Assembly (NCBI GenBank): GCA_963769885.1
Contig: CAVYNH010000004.1
Span: 140,495 to 204,494, forward strand
From: Methanobacteriota archaeon
GTDB lineage: Archaea; Thermoplasmatota; E2; DHVEG-1
Reading direction: 5' to 3'
DNA: 64,000 bases
The position numbers and the translations under genes were made by a program. The notes below the pieces were generated by a model. That model worked only from the letters and a program-made list of their open reading frames with translations, was not told the origin of the DNA and searched no databases. Of this stretch, positions 29,074 to 39,493 are shown in pieces (position 1 is the stretch's first letter; each line of letters begins with the position of its first letter).

Positions 29074-30171
29074 ATGGAGCGATTTAGTAAGCTGAAGTCC
29101 ATGATTTTCCCCCGGGAGGTCGTCGTCGGGCATAACACGACAGACCAGATCAAGGGGATGTGCAACCGGTTGCTCATCGGCAACAAGGTCCTGCTCGTCT
29201 GCGATCGGAACACGCGGAAAATCTCCGGGGATAAGATCCATAAGATCCTCGCGGGCTCCGGCTATGAGGTTGAAAACGTTATCCTAGCGCAGCCGCTGCT
29301 GGCGAGGCGCCGTCGGCCGGTCGCCTGGCCGACCGTGCGGGAGGTCGCCAAGGTCGTGAAGGCCGCGGAGAAGACGGACTCCGAGATGCTCTTGGGCATC
29401 GGCGGCGGCTCGGTCATCGACGTCACCAAATTGGCTGCGTATGAATTATCCAAGAATTTTATCAGCATCCCGACGGTCGCATCCCACGACGGGATTGCGT
29501 CCCCGCGTGCCTCGCTGAAGGATCGGAAGGGATCCCTGTCGAAGACCGCGGTTTCCCCGATTGCGGTGCTGGCGGACACGGCGGTCATCTCCAAGGCGCC
29601 GTACCAGATGCTGGCGTCCGGATGCGCGGACGTGATCTCGAACCTGTCCGCAATCAAGGACTGGGAGCTGGCCCATCGATTGAAGAACGAGGAGTTCAGC
29701 AACTTCGCCGCGTCACTGTCGCAGACGTCGTCACAGCTCTTACTGGAGAAGGCGGAGGACATCCGCAGCGGGCTTGAGGAGGCGGTCTGGCAGGCGGTGA
29801 AATGCATGATCGTTTCTGGCGTCGCGATGAGCGTGGCCGGGACAACGCGTCCGGCGTCCGGCGCGGAGCACATGTTTAGCCACATGCTGGATATGATTGC
29901 ACCGGGGAAGGCCCTGCACGGGGAGCAGTGTGGGGTGGGCGCGATCATGATGATGTATCTCCATGGTGAGGACTGGGAGCGAATCAGGGATAGCCTCAAG
30001 ACCATCGGGGCTCCGGTGAACGCTAAGGAGCTGGACATCCCGAAGAAGAAGATCATCCAGGCGCTGCTGGGGGCGCCGAAGATCCGCCCGGAGCGGTACA
30101 CCATCCTCGGCGACCAGGGGTTGACTGAGGAGGCCGCGAAGAAGCTGGCGAAGATTACGGGGGTGATCTAA
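29074..30171 (+). CDS. egsA: sn-glycerol-1-phosphate dehydrogenase (archaeal lipid backbone)
   Basis: A DHQS/Fe-ADH fold with GIGGGSVIDVTKLAAY and ASHDGIASPRAS. Length is about 365 aa. Confidence 0.55.
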   Translation: MERFSKLKSMIFPREVVVGHNTTDQIKGMCNRLLIGNKVLLVCDRNTRKISGDKIHKILAGSGYEVENVILAQPLLARRRRPVAWPTVREVAKVVKAAEKTDSEMLLGIGGGSVIDVTKLAAYELSKNFISIPTVASHDGIASPRASLKDRKGSLSKTAVSPIAVLADTAVISKAPYQMLASGCADVISNLSAIKDWELAHRLKNEEFSNFAASLSQTSSQLLLEKAEDIRSGLEEAVWQAVKCMIVSGVAMSVAGTTRPASGAEHMFSHMLDMIAPGKALHGEQCGVGAIMMMYLHGEDWERIRDSLKTIGAPVNAKELDIPKKKIIQALLGAPKIRPERYTILGDQGLTEEAAKKLAKITGVI

Positions 30172-30173
30172 CC

Positions 30174-30599
30174 GTGGTGATCGTCACGCTGATCGGTGAG
30201 GACCTGGCGGTGGAAGGCACGGAGTTCACGTACCTCGGGGCCAACAGCGAGTGCCGCAACTGCCAACTGAAGACCGTGTGTTTTAACCTGAAGCCGGGTC
30301 GGAGTTACCGGATCATGAAACTGCGGGACAAGCGGCATGCCTGCTCGGTGCATGAAGGGCAAGTCGTCGTCGCTGAGGTTGAAGAACTCCCGATCCTTGG
30401 GATGACCGACCAAGAGGTGACGCCGGGCGTGACGATGCGGCTGTATAAGTATAATTGCCGGAATCTCTCGTGTCCGTACCTCGAGGCGTGTACGAACCCG
30501 GTGATTCAGCCGGACCGCAGCTACGTCGTCAACCAGGTGCGGGGGAAGGTGGACTGCCCGCGGGGCGCCACCCTGTACCGAGTCGAAGTCAAAGAATAG
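30174..30599 (+). CDS. conserved archaeal Cys-rich protein (UPF0179-like)
   Basis: A 141 aa ORF with CRNCQLKTVC and CPYLEAC motifs. The start overlaps the egsA stop. Confidence 0.4.
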   Translation: MVIVTLIGEDLAVEGTEFTYLGANSECRNCQLKTVCFNLKPGRSYRIMKLRDKRHACSVHEGQVVVAEVEELPILGMTDQEVTPGVTMRLYKYNCRNLSCPYLEACTNPVIQPDRSYVVNQVRGKVDCPRGATLYRVEVKE

Positions 30600-30613
30600 A
30601 AAAGAAGCTGTTT

Positions 30614-31780
30614 TTATTTCGTGGCGATTTCTCTGCTGAGGAGCTTGACCTTGTCGAGTTTTTCCCAGGTGAAGTCCGGGTCGTTGCGGCCGAAGTGGCC
30701 GTAGGCCGCGGTCTTCTTGTAGATCGGGCGGCGCAGGTCCAGGACCTCGATGATCTCCCGGGGTTTGAGGGGGAAGAACTGGCGGATTAGCGGCTCGATG
30801 GAGTCGAGGGGGACTTTGTTGGTGCCGAAGCAGTCGATGTTGATGCTGACGGGCTCGGCGACGCCGATGGCGTAGGCGATCTGCAGCTCGCATTTGTCGG
30901 CGAGCCCAGCGGCGACGATGTTCTTGGCGATGTACCGCGTGGCGTAGGCGCCGCTGCGGTCGACTTTAGAGGGGTCCTTGCCGCTAAAGGCGCCGCCGCC
31001 GTGCCGTCCGATGCCGCCATAGGTGTCGACGATGATCTTGCGGCCGGTGAGTCCGGCGTCGGCGTAGGGGCCACCGCGGACGAAGGAGCCGGTGGGGTTG
31101 ACGAAGAACTTGGTGTCCGCGTCGATCCACTCCTGGCAGATGGGGGCGATGATGGTGTCAACCACATCTTTTTTGATGCGGTCATAGGCGACGCCGGCGT
31201 CGTGCTGGGTGGAGACGACGATGGCCTCGGCGCGCTCCGGTTTGCCGGTCTCGTTGTATTCGATGCTGACCTGGGATTTGCCGTCGGGGCGCAGGTAGGG
31301 GATCTCGGTTTTCTTGCGGGCCTCGGCGAGGCGTTTGGTGAGCTTATGGGCGAGGCAGATGGGCAGCGGCATGTATTCCTTGGTCTCGTTGGAGGCGTAG
31401 CCGTACATCATGCCTTGGTCGCCGGCGCCTTGTTCGTGGTGGGCTTTTTCGGTGACGCCTTGGCTGATGTCGGGGCTCTGTTCGGTGATCTGGACCCAGA
31501 CGCTGCAGGTCTCCCATTCGATGCCGTACTCGGATTTGGTGTAGCCGATGCCTTTGATGGTGTCGCGGACGACGTGGGGGATGTCGACGTAGCCGGCGGT
31601 GGTCATTTCGCCGAAGACCATGACGCCGCCGTTCTTGGTGGCGGTTTCGATGGCGACGCGGCTGTTTTTGTCCTGGCGGATGGCCTCGTCGAGGATGGCG
31701 TCGGAGATGAGGTCGCACATCTTGTCGGGGTGTCCTTCGGTTACGGATTCTGAGCTGAGGATGATCTTGCGTTTGGCCAT
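30614..31780 (-). CDS. metK: S-adenosylmethionine synthetase, bacterial/eukaryotic type
   Basis: The hallmark [22 protein letters not shown] is present along with [12 protein letters not shown]. The start is placed at the Met of MAKRKI. Confidence 0.8.
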   Translation of the reverse strand: MAKRKIILSSESVTEGHPDKMCDLISDAILDEAIRQDKNSRVAIETATKNGGVMVFGEMTTAGYVDIPHVVRDTIKGIGYTKSEYGIEWETCSVWVQITEQSPDISQGVTEKAHHEQGAGDQGMMYGYASNETKEYMPLPICLAHKLTKRLAEARKKTEIPYLRPDGKSQVSIEYNETGKPERAEAIVVSTQHDAGVAYDRIKKDVVDTIIAPICQEWIDADTKFFVNPTGSFVRGGPYADAGLTGRKIIVDTYGGIGRHGGGAFSGKDPSKVDRSGAYATRYIAKNIVAAGLADKCELQIAYAIGVAEPVSINIDCFGTNKVPLDSIEPLIRQFFPLKPREIIEVLDLRRPIYKKTAAYGHFGRNDPDFTWEKLDKVKLLSREIATK

Positions 31781-31931
31781 AAGGGATTTTGCCTCCTCCT
31801 TGGCGTTGGATGAGCCAAAGACAATGCTCAGAGGCTTATAAATATTTTTTAAAAACAAAAAAGGCCGACAGGAGAAGATGGCTGCTAAGACTTACGAATG
31901 AATGGGGAGAAAAAAAGGATGAACCGTTGAG

Positions 31932-32387
31932 TTATCCCGTTTTCCTTGTCGTCCAGGTATCCTCATCCAACCCGTTGTACAAATCGTCGAACGAGACGTT
32001 CTTCACCTGCTTCTTATCCATGAGCTGCCCATGGTCCCCGCCGCGCTCCTTGGAGTACCGGGCGATGGTGTCCTTCTTCAGCCGCCAGTAATGCGTCCGC
32101 CATTCCCGGCCGTCGTACAGCGTCGTCTCCTCCCGCTCCGTCGTCAACATCCCCTCTTCCTCAAGGATGTAGAACAGCTGACGGTCCTCGGGGTCCAACA
32201 CGTTGTCAATAACACGGTCGTCAAACCCGAAAATATCCATGACGAACCCTGCGTCCCGGCGCGCCTCCTCGATGTCGATGCCGACGCGGTTCGCTATAGC
32301 CTTCGATAAGTCATCCAACGTAATAAGGGTCATCCTAAAATCTCCATTCCTGCTTTCTCTTCCTTCAACTCGGACGTTCCGCCGCAC
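31932..32387 (-). CDS. hypothetical protein
   Basis: A 151 aa ORF with coding-like periodicity and no motif. Confidence 0.3.
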   Translation of the reverse strand: MRRNVRVEGRESRNGDFRMTLITLDDLSKAIANRVGIDIEEARRDAGFVMDIFGFDDRVIDNVLDPEDRQLFYILEEEGMLTTEREETTLYDGREWRTHYWRLKKDTIARYSKERGGDHGQLMDKKQVKNVSFDDLYNGLDEDTWTTRKTG

Positions 32388-32532
32388 CCCACCGCACTGG
32401 GATGCGCCGTACTATTTGCACAGACCTTTTATTTAAACCTTTGCCCCACGCTTGGGAAGAACGTGGGAACCCCCACGACCTCCAAGAAGCAACAACGCAA
32501 ATAAATCGCCACGCCCATCCCCCCAACCACAC

Positions 32533-33577
32533 ATGCAACCACCACTTGCATCGGCACTCTATAAAAGGCTTTCGGACCTCACAAAAAAGGACCTGAACCT
32601 CCATATCGTCCTGCTCCCCGACTTCTTCCTTGACCACTTCCTCAGCATCACCAACCCCGCCGACGTCGAAGCACAAATCCGCCGGCTCGCCGCCCAAGGC
32701 GGCGGCAACTACCCCAACATCCCCCAGTTCGTCCAGCAAGGAGGCAACGCGGCCAACACCGCCCTCGGACTCGCCAGACTCGGCGCCCACCCCAGCCTCA
32801 TCTGCCGCACCAACCGGTTTGGCCACCACCTCCTCCACTACTTCCTCGCCCCCAGCGGCGTCGACCTTACCCACGTCAAAACCGATGGTACCCTCGCCAT
32901 CACCACCGCCCTGGAACTCGGCGACCAGCGCACCAACGTCATGCTCGGCGACCCCGGATCCGTCGCCGACTTCTCACCCGATGTCCTCACTGATCAAGAC
33001 TACGACTGCATCACCGAATCTGACCTCGTCGCCGTCCTCAACTGGAACCTCAACCACTACGGCACCAGCCTCGCCACCGACGTCTTCCGCCACGCCCGAC
33101 GCCACCACGTCACCACCTTCTTCGACACCGGAGACCCCTCGCCGAAGCTCCACGAAGTCCCCACGCTGCTTCGCGAGGTCCTCACAGCGCCGCTCGTTGA
33201 CGTCTTCGGCCTCGACGAAAACGAACTGCGCCATTACAGCGGACGAACACCCTCAACACAGGAGGAAATGATCGATGCGGCACAGTACCCTAAAGAACAG
33301 AATCCCGGCACGGCTTGACCTGCACACCAGCGCCTTCTCCTGCTCACTGGACGGCGGCTGCACCGTCGTCCCCACCGAGACACTGCCTCGAATCGTCCGG
33401 GCAACGGGCGCCGGCGACTCCTGGAACGCCGCGAACCTGCTCGCCAGCCTGCTGCAGTTCCCCACCGAAGAACGCCTGGCCTTCGCGAACCTCGTCGCCG
33501 GCCTCTACATCTCGTCTGCGGACCAGCAGCCCCCGACCTTGGACCAGGCAAAAGCCTGCCTCAAGTCACAAATATAA
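32533..33577 (+). pseudogene. PfkB-family carbohydrate/nucleoside kinase interrupted by a frameshift near 33250-33320
   Basis: The N-part in one frame carries GGNAANTALGLARLG. The C-part in another frame carries TGAGDSWNAANL, the PfkB anion-hole motif. Confidence 0.45.
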
Positions 33578-33767
33578 TAATCCCGCGGGCAGACTGACAC
33601 TCGTCAGGAGGCATCGTGTTTTATCTTAAAAAGTGATAGAATTTTCACTATTTATATAATAAAATTTAAATACCTATCTCCTCTTCGGTTATCTAGAATG
33701 GGGGAGTCGGACATTTTCTCTTAAATCTCTCCTCACCACCTTCAAACATCCCCCCATTCTCTCCTTC

Positions 33768-35021
33768 TTACGAGAAGAGATAATTTGCCGCTCGCTTCGA
33801 CACTTGCGCCCGATGCCGTTCATCGGTGATGACCATGACCGCCCAGTCAGGGGCGAGTCGGGAGCGGATCGCGGAGGCGATTGGGGTGAACTCGTCCAGT
33901 GACCGTCTCTTCTTGTTGTCTTCGACGCCGATCTCGGTGAGGTTGATGCGCGGCTCGGTCCTCAGGATCTCCTGGCGGGGGACGTCGAGGATCAGGTGGC
34001 CGGCGGGGATTTTCAGGGCGTCCTCAAGGTCGCGTTCCTTGGCCTTGCAGGCGGCAGCGTCCTCCAGGCCTCTGACGACCTTCTGCTGTGGTTGAGAGAG
34101 GTCGTTGAAGGAGGCGGCGTACGCCTGTTTGAACAGGGCGCGGTACTTCAAGCGCGTCATGATCTCGTCTTGGTACGGCCCTTTGCCTTTGAGGGCGTGG
34201 ATGATCTCCGCGTCGGTCATGCGGTAGAAGAGGAACGGCTTCTTGTCCGGCGCGGTCTCCAGAGCTTTGAGCAGCATCAGCTCTGCGATGCGGACGGTCT
34301 TGTTGAAGTAGACGGAGGAGTACATGAGGCCGCGTGCCATGAGGATGTTTTCGACGGCGCTGACGCCCTTGCGTTTCACCATGATCGTGTTGCGCAGGAT
34401 GGTGATCGTCTGGAGGAGGCGTTGCAGGTCGATCATGCCGTAGGCGACCCCCGTGTAGTAGGCGTCCCGCATGAGGTAATCCAGCTGGTCGACGTCGATG
34501 GTGCTGCAGAGGAGCTGGCCGAGGTACGGCATCTTTGGGGTGTGGCCTTGGATGATCTTGCCGATGAGCTTCGTGTCTAAGTTTGCTTTGGTGAGGACGG
34601 TGTGGACGGTGGGTGAGGGCAGGTATTTTTTTTCGCGTGGTTCGAAGACGTCGTAGTCGCCGTTGATGAGGCGGAGGGTGAGGCCGACGTGGTCGATGCC
34701 GAACCGGGTCATGAGGATGGATTCGAGGGTGTGGCTGAAAGGTCCATGGCCGATGTCGTGGAGGAGGGCGGCGGCGGTGAGGGTGTCGCGGTCGTCTTTG
34801 AGGTTGAGGGTGTCGCAGAGTCTGGTCATGATGGCGGCGGCGCCGAGGGAGTGTTCGAAGCGGGTGTGGTGGGCGCCGGGGAAGACGAGCTGGGCGAAGC
34901 CGAGTTGTTTGATGAGGTGGAGGCGTTGGATTTCGGGGGTCTGGAGGAGTTTGAGGAGGAGTCCGGTGACTTTGATGTCGCCATGGATCGGGTCTCTGAC
35001 GTACTTGGAATTATTGTTCAT
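33768..35021 (-). CDS. HD-domain phosphohydrolase (dGTPase/SAMHD1-like)
   Basis: Motifs VRDPIHGDI, HTRFEHSLG and LLHDIGHGPFSH are present. Confidence 0.65.
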   Translation of the reverse strand: MNNNSKYVRDPIHGDIKVTGLLLKLLQTPEIQRLHLIKQLGFAQLVFPGAHHTRFEHSLGAAAIMTRLCDTLNLKDDRDTLTAAALLHDIGHGPFSHTLESILMTRFGIDHVGLTLRLINGDYDVFEPREKKYLPSPTVHTVLTKANLDTKLIGKIIQGHTPKMPYLGQLLCSTIDVDQLDYLMRDAYYTGVAYGMIDLQRLLQTITILRNTIMVKRKGVSAVENILMARGLMYSSVYFNKTVRIAELMLLKALETAPDKKPFLFYRMTDAEIIHALKGKGPYQDEIMTRLKYRALFKQAYAASFNDLSQPQQKVVRGLEDAAACKAKERDLEDALKIPAGHLILDVPRQEILRTEPRINLTEIGVEDNKKRRSLDEFTPIASAIRSRLAPDWAVMVITDERHRAQVSKRAANYLFS

Positions 35022-35074
35022 TGGTGTCGGGTGGGAAAATCGGGCGGCGGCTTAAGAATACTTGTGTCTGGTTT

Positions 35075-35912
35075 TCAATAAGTGTCTGGCAGGAGGTAGA
35101 TATCGATCCATGTTGGTGTAATAGTTCCGATGGGATTGTGGAAGGTAAATTTTCGGGGTAAAAGGAGCCGGGGGAATGGTAGGAGTCCCAGTGGAACCCC
35201 ACTCGCTCCATCATATATGGTTAGTATTGCTCGGAACGTGATGGATTCACTGTTGTTAACGACTTCTTTGACTAAGCCCCAAACGTGGGTGATGTCGGGT
35301 GGGATTCCATCGCATACACACATAGAGAGGCCTGCATTATCGTAGGCGAGTATTTTGAATGTAAAATTTCCATTTGGCAGAGGGTGATGGAGGATGCAAT
35401 AGTACGGAGGCTCTGAATCATTTCCGATGAGCTCTTGACCTTGGTAGAACTCGATGCGGTTGACACCACTCGTAGCGTCGTCGGCAACCACGTAGGAGCA
35501 GAAGTTATTCCTTGACACATGCCGGCATTTTTCAACATAAACGGGTACTATCGTATCCATCTTGAAAGGCTGTTGTTTGTATGGTTCGTAGTTGCCTGCG
35601 TTGTCAATCGACCAATACGTAATCAAATGTTGTCCATCCCCTGAGACGTTAAATGGATAATGGTAAGTCATCTCTTCGCCGCCATCGACTTTATATTTAG
35701 TACCTGCAGACCCCTGATTCGTTGTCGATGGCCGTCAAGGTCACACGGACTTGCGAGACATACCAGTCGTTTTCCCCCATCGTACCGTACAAGGAACAGG
35801 TTGTGAACGGCGGCGTCACGTCATCCCGCGGCGGCATCCCTGAGCTCGTGAAAATAATAGGTTCAGTAACGAGGAGTAGCAGAATGAGCATCGCGGTGTT
35901 TCGTTGTCTCAT
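35075..35912 (-). pseudogene. frameshifted member of the secreted OmpL47/Ig-like domain paralog family
   Basis: The N-terminal fragment (35697..35912) carries the signal and GMPPRDDVTPPFTT. The body (35075..35671) carries DGQHLITYWSIDNAGNYEP. A single frameshift near 35700 joins them: TKYKVDGGEEMTYHYPF matches TFYRFDGGSFLVYTAPF of the neighbour. Confidence 0.45.
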
Positions 35913-35936
35913 TTTTTACCAGCTATCCTTTTCTTT

Positions 35937-36764
35937 TCAAGTAGGGAGTGGGAAGAGGTAGATGTCGATCCAGTGGGGGCTGACCTCGCCGTCGTAGTAG
36001 GAGAAGGTGTAATTACGGGGTAGGAGGAGCCGAGGGAGAGGGAAGAGAGAAAACGGATGTCTATTCGCGGGGTCGTACATGGTGAAGACCGCCCGGAAGG
36101 TGACCAATGTGTTGGTGGAGTTGATGTCGGTGACGATCCTTTTGACGTGGGTGATGTCTTTGGGGGTGGGGCCTAAAATAAAACATGAGAGCCCAGCGTT
36201 GTTATAGGCGATACCTTTCACCGATATATTCCTCTGTGGATGATGAAGGATGTAACAATAAGGAGGCGTTGAATCGATCTTGACGAGTTCTCCGTTACAG
36301 AAAAACTCTACCCTATTTACTCCACTTGTGTGGTCCTGAGAATCGACGCCAAAGCAAACCTCATTCAAGGAGACGTGTTGGCTTGAATTGTAGGTTGGCA
36401 CAGTCGTATCAATCTTGACTTCTTGGACATGCCACGGCTCGACGTTGCCCGCATTGTCAACAGAGTAATAGAATATTTGGTGAACACCGTCCCATGCGAT
36501 GTCGAACGGCGCGGTGTAGACGAGGAAGGAGCCGCCGTCGAATCTGTAGAACGTGGCGTTCACGCCCGACTCGTTATCGACCGCGGTCAAGGTGATGCGA
36601 ACCGACGATATGTACCAGCCGTTGTCCCCCAGCGTCCCGCTCAACATGATGGTCGTGACCGGCGGCGTCACGTCATCGCGCGGAGGCATCCCTGAACTCG
36701 TGAAAATAATGGGGTCGGCTACGAGGAGCAGAAGAATAAGCATAACGATATTTCGGTGCTTCAT
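35937..36764 (-). CDS. secreted OmpL47-type/Ig-like domain protein (paralog)
   Basis: A signal peptide precedes the GMPPRDDVTPPVTT motif and FYRFDGGSFLVYTAPFDIAWDGVHQIFYYSVDNAGNVEP. Confidence 0.5.
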   Translation of the reverse strand: MKHRNIVMLILLLLVADPIIFTSSGMPPRDDVTPPVTTIMLSGTLGDNGWYISSVRITLTAVDNESGVNATFYRFDGGSFLVYTAPFDIAWDGVHQIFYYSVDNAGNVEPWHVQEVKIDTTVPTYNSSQHVSLNEVCFGVDSQDHTSGVNRVEFFCNGELVKIDSTPPYCYILHHPQRNISVKGIAYNNAGLSCFILGPTPKDITHVKRIVTDINSTNTLVTFRAVFTMYDPANRHPFSLFPLPRLLLPRNYTFSYYDGEVSPHWIDIYLFPLPT

Positions 36765-36787
36765 TTTTTACCAACCATCCTTTCCTT

Positions 36788-37624
36788 TCATGGAGGGAGC
36801 GGGAAGAGATAGATATCAATCCAATGCTGCTTGATTTCCCCGTCATAATTGGTGTAGGTGTACATTTTGGGAAGCAGGAGCCGTGGGAGTGGCAGGGGAG
36901 AACATGGATTCCGGTTCGCCGGGTTGTACAAAGTGAAGATTGCCCTGAACGTGATCGAGGTATTTGTGCAGTTCACGTCGGTGACGATTCCTTTGATATG
37001 GGTCAGATCGAATTCGATAGTCCCGACGGAGATTGACAGCCCAGCATTGTCAAAGGCGATGATTCTCATTGTCGAATTTTTTGGGAATAACCATTTAGGG
37101 TGTATAATACAACAATATGGTGGGTCTGAATCATTTTGGACTAGTTCTCCATTAAAATAGAACTCGACCCTGTTCACACCGCTTCCATAGTCGTCTGCAT
37201 CCGCTCCAAAACAGTATTCTGTCAAGGAAACATGCTTGTAAGGAGTATAGGTTGGTGGGGTTGTATCGATCTTCACGTTTTGTGTATGCCACGGCTCGAC
37301 GTTGCCCGCATTGTCCACAGAATAGAATTCGAACGTATGAATTCCATCCCCAACAACGGTGAAAGGACCCGTATAAATGTGGATGTCCCCTGAATCAATC
37401 CGGTAAAAGGTGGCGTTCACCCCGGATTCGTTGTCGATGGCAGTCAAGGTGACATTGACGTTCGAGATGTACCAGTTATTTGCCCCGTTTGGAGCAGGTG
37501 GGTTCAAGGTCGCGGTGGTGACCGGCGGCGTCACGTCGTCACGCGGTGGCGTCCCCATGACGAACCCAGCCGACAGCAGACTACCGAGAAAGCACAGGAC
37601 CAGGATCTTTTTTGATGCAGGCAT
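36788..37624 (-). CDS. secreted OmpL47-type/Ig-like domain protein (paralog)
   Basis: The same architecture: GTPPRDDVTPPVTT and FYRIDSGDIHIYTGPFTVVGDGIHTFEFYSVDNAGNVEP. Confidence 0.5.
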   Translation of the reverse strand: MPASKKILVLCFLGSLLSAGFVMGTPPRDDVTPPVTTATLNPPAPNGANNWYISNVNVTLTAIDNESGVNATFYRIDSGDIHIYTGPFTVVGDGIHTFEFYSVDNAGNVEPWHTQNVKIDTTPPTYTPYKHVSLTEYCFGADADDYGSGVNRVEFYFNGELVQNDSDPPYCCIIHPKWLFPKNSTMRIIAFDNAGLSISVGTIEFDLTHIKGIVTDVNCTNTSITFRAIFTLYNPANRNPCSPLPLPRLLLPKMYTYTNYDGEIKQHWIDIYLFPLPP

Positions 37625-37645
37625 CGGACCTCCTTCTATTTTCCC

Positions 37646-38095
37646 TTAAAGGTTGATCCATCGGACGACGACAGATGCGTTTTCATTCCCATCATCGACC
37701 GAGAGCGTGAACTTCCAGAACTTCGAGCTACCGCGAGTAAGTGTCCATTCAAAGGGCCCTGATGTAGCCGTGTATTGAAGAACGCCATTTATGAAAAACT
37801 CGACTCGGGTAACGCCTGGACATCCCGACACGTTTGCGACAAACGTCATCGCGGGGCTATGAAAAATGAGAAGCACCGGAAACGGCAGGATCTTGCTCAT
37901 ATTGTAATAGATACCATTCCGAGGCTCAATCGAGATGTTCCCGCCCAAGGACGCGCCAGTACATAGCGCAGTCCCCGTCCGAACCGCCAACCGACCGCCA
38001 ACCAGTCCCACGATTAATGTTACAAAAACCAGAACCAAAAGCACCGCACGGGCACTTCGCCTAAGGGTATTGTGCATATGATACCTCCCTCTCAT
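37646..38095 (-). CDS. small secreted protein related to the C-terminal half of the OmpL47-like paralogs
   Basis: VTRVEFFINGVLQYTATSGPFEW resembles VNRVEFFCNGELV of the paralogs. Confidence 0.35.
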   Translation of the reverse strand: MRGRYHMHNTLRRSARAVLLVLVFVTLIVGLVGGRLAVRTGTALCTGASLGGNISIEPRNGIYYNMSKILPFPVLLIFHSPAMTFVANVSGCPGVTRVEFFINGVLQYTATSGPFEWTLTRGSSKFWKFTLSVDDGNENASVVVRWINL

Positions 38096-38233
38096 AGAAA
38101 ATAAGCACTAAGCGATTAATAAGACTATCGACCACGCCTTATCAACAGGAGCACCACGCCCGGACCACAACGCTCAAAAATCACGAACCCATTTGCACAT
38201 AAAACCCGTGAAGATGGAAGGAGGGAACCGCCA

Positions 38234-38509
38234 GTGACGAAGCCAATCCTGTTTTCACTTGAACACTGCCCGAAATGCGACCAGACCAAACACCTCCTCG
38301 CCACCCGCACCGACATCGACATCATCACCTTCCCCCATGACCTCTCCGCCTGGACCAGCCAGGACCGCCAGTTCGCTGAAACCCACGACGTCCTCGAAGA
38401 CCTCAAAATCACCGCCCCGATTCTCTGGAAAGACGGCGAAAAAACCATCGGCTACCTCAGAATCAAAAAATGGCTCCAAGACACCGCCACCCAGACAGAA
38501 ACTATTTAG
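38234..38509 (+). CDS. glutaredoxin/NrdH-like small redox protein (CPKC)
   Basis: A CxxC motif sits in a thioredoxin-fold-sized 91 aa ORF. Confidence 0.5.
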   Translation: MTKPILFSLEHCPKCDQTKHLLATRTDIDIITFPHDLSAWTSQDRQFAETHDVLEDLKITAPILWKDGEKTIGYLRIKKWLQDTATQTETI

Positions 38510-38597
38510 CCACCCCTCTCTTTTCAGAAAAATACCCTGATGACTGAGCCTCGATGAGATTCGAAAACGCAAACTCCAGGACCTCAGCCGTCGCTAC

Positions 38598-38942
38598 ATG
38601 AAAGGAGAACCCCAAATGGCCACCGCCCCCAACGCCCCGATCCACATCACAGACGAGGAATTCGACGCGGCCATCAAGAAATACCCGAACCTCGTCATCG
38701 ACTGCTGGGCCCCCTGGTGCGGCCCCTGCCGCATGCTCGGCCCCGTCATCGACGACCTCGCCAAAGAACTCCAAGGAAAAATCACCTTCGCCAAACTCAA
38801 CGTCGACGAAAACCCGCAGACCAGCATGAAACACCAGATCATGAGCATCCCCACCCTCCTCCACTTCAAAAACGGCCAGCTCGTCAACCGCCTCGTCGGC
38901 GCCCTCTCAAAGGAAACGCTTAAACAGCAGCTCGGCGTATAA
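38598..38942 (+). CDS. trxA: thioredoxin
   Basis: The WCGPC active site is present. Length is 114 aa. Confidence 0.8.
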   Translation: MKGEPQMATAPNAPIHITDEEFDAAIKKYPNLVIDCWAPWCGPCRMLGPVIDDLAKELQGKITFAKLNVDENPQTSMKHQIMSIPTLLHFKNGQLVNRLVGALSKETLKQQLGV

Positions 38943-38949
38943 ACCCCCT

Positions 38950-39483
38950 GTGACAACTACCACGGAACCACCCCTCAAGCCGCTCCTTCTCTTCATCCTC
39001 CTGCTCACCCTCATCACGGTCACGGTCGGCTGCACCCAGACCACCACACCGCCGGTCTGGGACGACTTCACCTTCACCACCATCCTCGGTGAAACCAGGA
39101 ACCTCTCCGATTACCGCGGCAGCCCCGTCCTCCTCGACTTCATGGGCGTCGGCTGCGACCCCTGCCGACGAGAAATGAACGTCCTCTCCCAACTCCACCA
39201 CGACTACCCCACCCTCACCATCATCTCCATCGACGTCTGGACCACCCAAGGCGAGACCGCCCAGAGCATCCAACAACTCAAAAAAGACTTCCTCCTCCAA
39301 AACATCACCCTGGACTGGACCTTCGCCCTCGACGACGCCCAAGGCAGCCTCGCAAAAAAATACGCGATCACCGCCGTCCCCTACCTTGTCCTGTACACAA
39401 AACAGGGAAACCTTTATTACTCGCACCTTGGTTATGAGGAATATTCGACCCTAGCGCCCAAGGTCGAGGCAATCACCAGTTGA
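38950..39483 (+). CDS. TlpA/ResA-like thiol-disulfide oxidoreductase lipoprotein (CDPC)
   Basis: A lipobox-like VGC precedes a thioredoxin-like fold with CxxC. Confidence 0.55.
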   Translation: MTTTTEPPLKPLLLFILLLTLITVTVGCTQTTTPPVWDDFTFTTILGETRNLSDYRGSPVLLDFMGVGCDPCRREMNVLSQLHHDYPTLTIISIDVWTTQGETAQSIQQLKKDFLLQNITLDWTFALDDAQGSLAKKYAITAVPYLVLYTKQGNLYYSHLGYEEYSTLAPKVEAITS

Positions 39484-39493
39484 GGGAGATACT

